Virus record (IMG/VR): IMGVR_UViG_3300032331_001766
Coordinates: 32,001 to 96,000 of that record
Source: a virus
DNA: 64,000 nt
Reading direction: 5' to 3' (one strand)
A model generated the notes under the pieces. It was not told the DNA's origin. It did no database searches and was given only the letters and a program-made list of their open reading frames with translations. A program made the position numbers and the translations under genes. Below are positions 57,550 to 64,000 of this stretch, piece by piece; within the stretch, counting starts at the first letter, position 1, and each line of letters starts with the position of its first letter.

Positions 57550-58554
57550 ATGACAATTGCAATAGATGATATATTAGCAAAGCTAGATCCAAAAACTAGA
57601 AATAGAGTGACCGCTGCACAAGATGTTGTTGTTCAAAAACAATTGACACCAAGTATTGGTTTAAACATGGCACTCAAAGGCGGCCTTGGTTACGGCAGAC
57701 AAGCTTTAATTTGGGGCAATAAGTCTGCAGGAAAATCCTCATTTTGTTTACAGATGATTGCATTAGCTCAGCAAGAAGGAAAGACATGTGCTTGGATAGA
57801 CGCAGAAGACTCGTATGATCCAGAATGGGCAGAGCATTTAGGAGTTGATTCATCTTCCCTTATCCACTCTAAAGCTAAAACAGTTAATGATATGGTTGAC
57901 GTTGCTACAAAACTAATGGATGCTGGTGTGGATGTAATTGTTGTTGATTCAATATCAGCACTACTACCAGCAATTTACTTTGAAAAAGATGGAAACGAAT
58001 TAAAAGATCTGCAAGATACAAAGCAGATTGGCGCAGAAGCAAAGGATATGACTCACGCAGTCAAGATGTTAAATTATGCAAACAAAAATACATTACTCAT
58101 TCTTATATCGCAGCAAAGAAATCAATTTGGATCTATGCATGCAAGCCACATCCCAACAGGAGGAATGGCTGTTAAGTTCTTCTCCTCTACCGTCATCAAG
58201 CTCTGGTCTTCAGAAGCTGAGGCTAATGCTATTAAGGCTGGTGTTAAAGTTGGCGACAAGATTATTGAGCAAAGAGTTGGAAGACCCGTCAACTGGATTA
58301 TTGATTACAACAAACTCGGTCCCCCTAACCTCTCTGGCCAATACGACTTCTACTACCAAGGAGAATCTCTTGGTGTCGACAGAGTTGGAGAGACACTAGA
58401 CGTTGCAGAAATGTGCGGAATAGTTGAAAAGGGTGGAGCATGGTATACAGTAAATGGAGAGCGTTTTCAAGGTCGTGCAAAAGCTGTTGCATATCTAAGA
58501 GATAACCCAAAGGTTGTTGGAACTTTAATAGGTGAAATTCATGCCAGATCTTAA
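57550..58554 (+). CDS. recA: RecA/UvsX-like recombinase
   Basis: GNKSAGKS, WIDAE, VVDSISAL, GGMAVKF, GAWY...FQGR. Confidence 0.92.
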   Translation: MTIAIDDILAKLDPKTRNRVTAAQDVVVQKQLTPSIGLNMALKGGLGYGRQALIWGNKSAGKSSFCLQMIALAQQEGKTCAWIDAEDSYDPEWAEHLGVDSSSLIHSKAKTVNDMVDVATKLMDAGVDVIVVDSISALLPAIYFEKDGNELKDLQDTKQIGAEAKDMTHAVKMLNYANKNTLLILISQQRNQFGSMHASHIPTGGMAVKFFSSTVIKLWSSEAEANAIKAGVKVGDKIIEQRVGRPVNWIIDYNKLGPPNLSGQYDFYYQGESLGVDRVGETLDVAEMCGIVEKGGAWYTVNGERFQGRAKAVAYLRDNPKVVGTLIGEIHARS

Positions 58555-58729
58555 TGAGTTTTTGAATCCTAAAATAAAATCCAAAGACTATAATCTTGAG
58601 AAGATAGAAGGACTACGTGCATGCAATAAATGTGATGAAGATGTTTCTGGAGCTTTCTGGGACCCAATTGAATTAGTTATGTCATGGAAATGTTCTAAGG
58701 GACACGAAACTATTTTTAAGGTGCAATAA
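58541..58729 (+). CDS. Small zinc-binding protein
   Basis: CNKC...CSKGH. Confidence 0.65.
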   Translation: MPDLNEFLNPKIKSKDYNLEKIEGLRACNKCDEDVSGAFWDPIELVMSWKCSKGHETIFKVQ

Positions 58730-59034
58730 TGTCAGAGAGATCAGAAGTAGAAAGAGATGGAGCTAAGGCTCAAAAGAATTCTGGCAGAGGTGATTATCAA
58801 AAAGGTGATGCTAAATGGAATCAATTCTTAGTAGATTACAAAGAGGCATCAAAATCTTTTACTTTAAATAAAGATGTTTGGGCAAAAATATGTACTGATA
58901 CATTTAAAGTCAGCAGAGACATGCACCCAGCATTAAAAATTATTATAGGAAACGAATCAAAAGTCAGGCTTGGTATAATTGAATGGGCAGTTTTAGAAGA
59001 ATTGATAAAGTTTTGGGAGGCAGAACATGAATGA
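58729..59034 (+). CDS. PD-(D/E)xK nuclease, Holliday-junction-resolvase-like
   Basis: NSG.G...KGD.....VDYKE...SFTL. Confidence 0.7.
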   Translation: MSERSEVERDGAKAQKNSGRGDYQKGDAKWNQFLVDYKEASKSFTLNKDVWAKICTDTFKVSRDMHPALKIIIGNESKVRLGIIEWAVLEELIKFWEAEHE

Positions 59035-59911
59035 TTTAAATAAAACAGTTATCTATCCTAAAGTAGTTGTATATCATAATCTAATAAATGACCCTAAAAA
59101 AATTGCTGACATGCTAGAAGCAAATAGAGGTCTAAAAGAAAGCAACCACCATCTAATTCCTTGGAGAGACTGGAGTCCAATGGGTGAAATTATGAATGTT
59201 GATCTTCCAGATAAACTAAATGAAACAGAAGACCAGGAAAAAATAAATCAAGAAGAGCGTTTAAATGATATAAACAATGCATTTATTGCTGCATCAAATG
59301 ATTTTTTTGATATGTATTCAAAGGAAGATGGTTGGCCAGAATTTGTTAAACATTTTGATAGATCAGTTGAGCCATGGAACAGAAGTGGAATGTCTTTTTT
59401 AAGATATGATCCAACAAGATATAATTATGATGTAAAAAATAATAAGCCAGGATTAGCAATGGATTACCATACAGACCATGCAGAATTTAATGAAAGATAT
59501 CCAGGCAAAAAGTTTGTTGTAACTGTTACAATGTATCTTAATGATGAATATGAGGGTGGAGAAATTTCATTCTTAGATGAATCTAGTGGTTCTATTACAA
59601 ATTATAGACCAAAAGCTGGGGATGTGACTGTTTTCCCTTCTGGATATCCATATTTTCATGGTGTGCTTCCAATATTAAATGGAGACAGATATCTACTCAG
59701 AATGTTTTGGTCTTGGTATCATGAGGGAAGCCCAGAGTGGCATGAGGGATACAATAAGTACGGCGAAGAAGAGTGGACAAAGATGGAGAATGAAAGAAAA
59801 GAAATTGAGTTTAACTCTGGTAAATATCATCGTGTTGTAATTTATCCAGGAGAAGAATTTGATCCATCTACACAAAGGTCTACGCCATTTTATGTAAAGG
59901 AAATAAGATAA
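59027..59911 (+). CDS. 2OG-Fe(II) oxygenase (#7), paralog of 15346..16143
   Basis: MDYHTD...YLNDEYEGG...PYFHGV...GDRY; shares a C-terminal GS.EW.E...YG...W.KME.ER motif with #4. Confidence 0.88.
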   Translation: MNDLNKTVIYPKVVVYHNLINDPKKIADMLEANRGLKESNHHLIPWRDWSPMGEIMNVDLPDKLNETEDQEKINQEERLNDINNAFIAASNDFFDMYSKEDGWPEFVKHFDRSVEPWNRSGMSFLRYDPTRYNYDVKNNKPGLAMDYHTDHAEFNERYPGKKFVVTVTMYLNDEYEGGEISFLDESSGSITNYRPKAGDVTVFPSGYPYFHGVLPILNGDRYLLRMFWSWYHEGSPEWHEGYNKYGEEEWTKMENERKEIEFNSGKYHRVVIYPGEEFDPSTQRSTPFYVKEIR

Positions 59912-60015
59912 TGGATTTGTTTTTATTAGGATTTTTAAGTGGATTAGTTTTTGGTTATGGCATGGGGCTATTAATTGATAGATGGGATAAGAAGATTAAA
60001 AATGACGGAAGATAA
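59911..60015 (+). CDS. Small single-pass membrane protein (not in ORF track)
   Basis: MDLFLLGFLSGLVFGYGMGLLIDRWDKKIKNDGR. Confidence 0.6.
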   Translation: MDLFLLGFLSGLVFGYGMGLLIDRWDKKIKNDGR

Positions 60016-60340
60016 AAATACACTAGAGTTAATCAGTAATATTACTGAGTTTAATGATCTTCATGAGTTTATGCAGGATGAGCATTTAGATAAAGCCCTG
60101 GCAGTTGTGGTAAAATTATTAATGAACCCAGATGTACCATCAGCAAAGGCCCCAATGCTTATCATGGAGCTTCAGGCAATGTCCACTAAGTTTGCAGTAC
60201 TTGCTTCTGTATACTCTACAATTGCAAAAGACAAAGCTGGCACGGCTAACAATAACAAGAAGAACATTTATTATTCAGTAAAGGAGTCCATAGACAAACT
60301 TGTAGATGCACTTAAATATGTCGTTAGGTATAATTCATAA
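60002..60340 (+). CDS. Hypothetical helical protein
   Basis: Likely start MTEDKNTLE; coupled to the next gene. Confidence 0.7.
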   Translation: MTEDKNTLELISNITEFNDLHEFMQDEHLDKALAVVVKLLMNPDVPSAKAPMLIMELQAMSTKFAVLASVYSTIAKDKAGTANNNKKNIYYSVKESIDKLVDALKYVVRYNS

Positions 60341-61131
60341 TGGGTAGAGATATAGTAAAGAATCTTAAGTTTAAAAAGCACACTGGAAAGTTTTTTGACC
60401 CAGAACGCTTTGCACAATTACTAGATGATTCTTATAAGAATACAAAACGTGCTGATGGGTCTATGACAAAAAAATCATTTAGCCCAAGCTCACTTGGCTA
60501 CGGTCATGGAAAGTGTCCAAGATATTGGTACATGGCTTTTTCTGGTGCAGTTTTTATTGATGATAACGATGCTGTAGCAGTTGCTAATATGGCTCAAGGA
60601 ACACAAGCACACGAAAGACTTCAAAAACTTATATCTACAATGCCTGAGTGGAGAGCGGAAGAAGAAGAAATTGTTAATGAGTATCCGCCAATTCGTGGGT
60701 TCATAGATTTAATAATGGAGTATGATGGCGAAACTGTAATTGGTGAAATCAAAACAGCAAAGCAAGAAGTTTGGGATACAAGACAGTCAGAAATGAAGTC
60801 TTCAGCAAACCATATGCTTCAACTGCTTACCTATATGAAATTAAAGAATGCCAAAGAAGGTTTTTTCTTATATGAAAATAAAAATACCCAAGAGATCCTA
60901 ATCATTCCTATTTCAATGAATGATAAAAACAAAAAGATTATTGAGGATGCTTTTCTTTGGATGCAAGAAGTTTATGATAACTTTAAAGAAGGCGATCTTC
61001 CAATGCGTCCAGCAGGTTCATCAAAGTCTAAGATGCCATGCACATATTGTCCAATTAAAAAAGAATGTTATAGTAAAGATACTCCAGTGGGAACGGTTCA
61101 AATAGAGCTGTATGAGACACCAACAATATGA
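60340..61131 (+). CDS. Cas4-like PD-(D/E)xK exonuclease
   Basis: CPRYWY, GTQAH, GFID..GEIKT, QLLTY, CTYC.....C Fe-S ligands. Confidence 0.85.
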   Translation: MGRDIVKNLKFKKHTGKFFDPERFAQLLDDSYKNTKRADGSMTKKSFSPSSLGYGHGKCPRYWYMAFSGAVFIDDNDAVAVANMAQGTQAHERLQKLISTMPEWRAEEEEIVNEYPPIRGFIDLIMEYDGETVIGEIKTAKQEVWDTRQSEMKSSANHMLQLLTYMKLKNAKEGFFLYENKNTQEILIIPISMNDKNKKIIEDAFLWMQEVYDNFKEGDLPMRPAGSSKSKMPCTYCPIKKECYSKDTPVGTVQIELYETPTI

Positions 61132-61406
61132 TTTGTTATAACAAAGAATGTGCTAAAGATTTTGAGTCAAAGACTCACAATCAAAAATATTGTTCTGATG
61201 AATGCTGTAGAATTGCAACCAATCGCAGGATTATGGAAAAGTATTATGAAAAGAAAGCAATTAGAAACGGATCTATTCGTGGCTGTAGAAAATGTAATCT
61301 TAAGCTAAGCAGATACAATCAGGGAACTTTATGCTCATCATGTGAAAAGAAGAGCACGGCTTCAGAAAGAAATAAGTTGCTTGGAATGATAGATGAAATT
61401 AGCTGA
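61128..61406 (+). CDS. Zinc-finger protein
   Basis: C....C...F......KYCS..C and CRKC...CSSC. Confidence 0.75.
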   Translation: MICYNKECAKDFESKTHNQKYCSDECCRIATNRRIMEKYYEKKAIRNGSIRGCRKCNLKLSRYNQGTLCSSCEKKSTASERNKLLGMIDEIS

Positions 61407-61959
61407 GCTTATAAAGACCAAGGCTCACAGGGTTCTTGGCATAGATGCATCAACTAATTCAATCGCATTCTGTCTAATGGAAAATGATGTCCCTTTAAAA
61501 TGGGGCAAGGTAGAACTTTCTGGATCAGACATATATGAAAAAATACATGATGCTAAAATAAAAATGCATGCGATGCTAGAAGAACTTAAGTCTGATTACA
61601 TTGTAGTTGAGGGCGCAGTTCTTGTCAGATCACCTGACGCTGTAATAAAATTGTCTTATGTCTACGGAGTTGTTATTGCTGAGCTTATGTCTACTGGTGC
61701 TAAGGTTATTACTATTAGTCCTACCGCTTGGCAGGCATATATTGGCAACAAAAATCCGACAAAAGATGAGAAGTCTGCAATAAGATTAAAAAATCCAGGT
61801 TACGCTGACTCATGGTATAAAAATCAATTACGAAATATGAGAAAACAAAGAACTGCAGACTACTTTAATAACAAATACAATATAATTTTAACAGACTATG
61901 ACGTAGCAGATTCATTTGGAATTGCTCATTACGCCAATAAGGTTTTGACAGAGCGATGA
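61393..61959 (+). CDS. ruvC: RuvC-like Holliday junction resolvase
   Basis: VLGIDAS, IVVEG, DVADSFGIA. Confidence 0.82.
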   Translation: MKLAELIKTKAHRVLGIDASTNSIAFCLMENDVPLKWGKVELSGSDIYEKIHDAKIKMHAMLEELKSDYIVVEGAVLVRSPDAVIKLSYVYGVVIAELMSTGAKVITISPTAWQAYIGNKNPTKDEKSAIRLKNPGYADSWYKNQLRNMRKQRTADYFNNKYNIILTDYDVADSFGIAHYANKVLTER

Positions 61960-62102
61960 AATTATATCAAAGCAAGGATTGGCTGTCTCGTAGATATGTT
62001 ATACAAAAAAAGACTGTAACAGAAATAGGTAAAGAGTGTGGTGTATCTGCTATGACAATACAAAGATACTTAGAGCAGTTTGGGCTAATTAAGAAAAGAT
62101 GA
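61956..62102 (+). CDS. Small HTH DNA-binding protein (not in ORF track)
   Basis: KTVTEIGKECGVSAMTIQRYLEQFGL; ATGA overlaps at both ends. Confidence 0.75.
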   Translation: MKLYQSKDWLSRRYVIQKKTVTEIGKECGVSAMTIQRYLEQFGLIKKR

Positions 62103-62794
62103 AGTTCTCACATAAGGTTTTTCATATTGAAGGTAATGAAGAAAGATATTCTAAGGTAAAGTCTATAAATGACTACCTACATTCATACTCAAAGCTTTTA
62201 ATAACTCCAACAATTAAAATATCTTCTATTGAAGAATATACTGAGTTTTTAAAAAATAACCCAAGCTTTGTGCCAGATCCATATGGATATAGTCTTCATG
62301 GTGAACAGGGCTGGAGGTATGGAGAGATAGGAATTTGGGCAAGCAATTGGACTGCATGGCATAACTTCCTTGAGTCAGACTCAGACTACTTAATTCTTAT
62401 GGAAGACGACATTGTATATTCAGATGGATTTATGGATATGATTATTAATTATATGAAACAGCTTCCAGAAAATTGGGATGCCTTTCATGCTTTTTCTCCA
62501 GCAGATCAGTTTGGTAAATACAATCATTCTCATGATATTGATGCAGATGATGTATGTAGGTGCTATCAGGACTGGTCTTGCTTATGTTATATTATAACAA
62601 AGGAGGGTGCTCAAAAGCTTATTGATAACTCTAATAGATTTAATCTTCCATTAGACTGGTATATGTTTAGGCAACAGCATATATTTAACACTTACACAAT
62701 TAAACCATCATCAGAATTTCCATGTACATTGTTGCCAACTGAATCAACATTTCAAGCTAAACAGAAAAGAGAAATAATAAATGGGATACTCTAA
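62099..62794 (+). CDS. Glycosyltransferase, GT25-like
   Basis: GEIGIWAS...W, LILMEDD, CYIITKEGAQKL, PLDW. Confidence 0.8.
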   Translation: MKFSHKVFHIEGNEERYSKVKSINDYLHSYSKLLITPTIKISSIEEYTEFLKNNPSFVPDPYGYSLHGEQGWRYGEIGIWASNWTAWHNFLESDSDYLILMEDDIVYSDGFMDMIINYMKQLPENWDAFHAFSPADQFGKYNHSHDIDADDVCRCYQDWSCLCYIITKEGAQKLIDNSNRFNLPLDWYMFRQQHIFNTYTIKPSSEFPCTLLPTESTFQAKQKREIINGIL

Positions 62795-63305
62795 TCCAGA
62801 AAACAAGCCATGGGCACAGCAAAAAATAATTGAGTTAAAGCCAACAACCGTGCTCGATGTAGGAGCTGGCCAAGGAACCTATTTAAACTTAATCAGAGAT
62901 GGTTTGGGTGCGGGAGTAATAGTTAATGCAGTAGAAGTATGGCAGCCATATATAGATGAGTTTAATCTTTTAAATAGATACGACAAGCTGTTTCCAATTG
63001 ATGTCAGAGAGATGACTAATTTCGAGTATGATCTTGTAATACTTGGAGATGTGCTTGAGCATATGTCAGAATCAGATGCATTAATTTTATGGGAAAAAAT
63101 CTCAAAGCAGGCCAAGTACGCAATGATATCTATTCCTATTGTTCATTACCACCAAGATGCAATTAATGGTAATCCTTATGAGGTCCATGTAGAAGAAGAC
63201 TGGACAGTTGAAAGAGTCTTAGAAAAATTTAGCCATATTATTGAGCATAAGAAGTTTGAGGTGACTGGTACATTTATTGCGGAGTTTAATAATGACAATT
63301 CCTAA
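62781..63305 (+). CDS. Class I SAM-dependent methyltransferase
   Basis: VLDVGAGQG, YDLVILGDVLEH. Confidence 0.85.
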   Translation: MGYSNPENKPWAQQKIIELKPTTVLDVGAGQGTYLNLIRDGLGAGVIVNAVEVWQPYIDEFNLLNRYDKLFPIDVREMTNFEYDLVILGDVLEHMSESDALILWEKISKQAKYAMISIPIVHYHQDAINGNPYEVHVEEDWTVERVLEKFSHIIEHKKFEVTGTFIAEFNNDNS

Positions 63306-64000
63306 AATAATTTGGCAGACATATAAAGACCCAGTAGATACGTTGGCACCATACATGAATGATGCAATGCAAACCTGGAAAGATTTAAATCCAGAATATG
63401 AGCATAGATATATGGATGATAGCCAAGCTGGGCAATTTGTTTTAGAAGAGTACGGTCAAAAATGGTATGATATTTTTATAAGTTTACCAGTTGGAGTAAT
63501 GCGTGGAGATCTATGGCGTTATATGATTATATATAAATATGGTGGAGTGTACGCAGATTTAGACACTGAGTGTTTACTCCCGATATCTTCTTGGATTCTT
63601 GAAGATAAAGAGTTCATTGTTTGCCCAGAAACTTCTGAACATTTTTGTCAGTGGACATTTGCATCTACACCTGGAAATGTAATTTTAAAATCAGTATTAG
63701 ATTTAATTAAAGATAGATTATTAAATCCAGAGTATGGATCCCCGCATTTTGTGCATACTCATACTGGCCCAGCTATATGGACTGATGGAATTAATAAAGC
63801 TTTGGGATTAAATGTAGATAATTTAATTAGTGACTACCTATTGTTAAATTCTTCTGATAATGCTAAACTGTATAAATTCCATTGCTATGGCGGAGAAGAA
63901 TGGCGTATATTTCATTTTGAATCAGTAAAGCATATTTATGGTAGCCAAAAATGGAATGATGGAAATTACGTACAATGGATTGAAGACCCAATAGTGAAAG
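63292..64000 (+). CDS. Glycosyltransferase, GT32/OCH1-like (partial, runs off the window end)
   Basis: MTIPKIIWQT...W..LNP.Y...GDLWRY..IY.YGGVYADLD (DxD)...TGP. Confidence 0.85.
   Translation, partial: MTIPKIIWQTYKDPVDTLAPYMNDAMQTWKDLNPEYEHRYMDDSQAGQFVLEEYGQKWYDIFISLPVGVMRGDLWRYMIIYKYGGVYADLDTECLLPISSWILEDKEFIVCPETSEHFCQWTFASTPGNVILKSVLDLIKDRLLNPEYGSPHFVHTHTGPAIWTDGINKALGLNVDNLISDYLLLNSSDNAKLYKFHCYGGEEWRIFHFESVKHIYGSQKWNDGNYVQWIEDPIVK

Noticed and set aside
60340-61131. Cas4-like gene as evidence of a CRISPR-Cas system
   Set aside because: Solo Cas4-like nucleases are common in phage recombination modules; no cas1/cas2 or array is present.
1802-63115. Numerous short minus-strand and alternate-frame ORFs in the track
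   Set aside because: They overlap well-supported + strand genes, lack SDs and have no recognisable motifs.
1-64000. Alternative genetic code/stop-codon reassignment
   Set aside because: Genes are full-length and tightly packed under code 11, and TAA, TAG and TGA all serve as stops.

Overview
The window is a 64 kb slice of a large, AT-rich, long-tailed (siphovirus-type) phage genome, with essentially all genes on the + strand. A low-GC actinobacterial host is my inference, from the DnaE/DnaB/DnaG/RecA/MazG/Cas4-like/RuvC replication set, leaderless promoters and a tRNA-Leu(UAA). Gene order: (1) 1-10.3 kb, fibre-like virion proteins. (2) 10.3-17.4 kb, an unusual cassette: an FN3-(FFxPPx)24-Hint-domain protein, then six prolyl-4-hydroxylase-like 2OG-Fe(II) oxygenases and two DUF6065-like proteins. 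(3) 17.5-48 kb, a LamG protein, portal, protease/scaffold, capsid, neck, tail tube, -1-frameshifted tail chaperones, a 2479-aa tape measure protein, tail tip and adhesins. (4) 48-62 kb, replication/recombination genes with one tRNA and a seventh oxygenase. (5) 62-64 kb, GT25, methyltransferase and GT32 genes. No terminase, lysis genes, integrase or CRISPR array is visible. Best candidate for a new system: a phage-encoded post-translational modification pathway in which a Hint-autoprocessed Phe/Pro repeat protein is hydroxylated (and possibly glycosylated) by a dedicated enzyme battery. Second: an R-S-E type ADP-ribosyltransferase cassette embedded in the tape measure protein. All family calls come from motif recognition by eye; no database searches were run.
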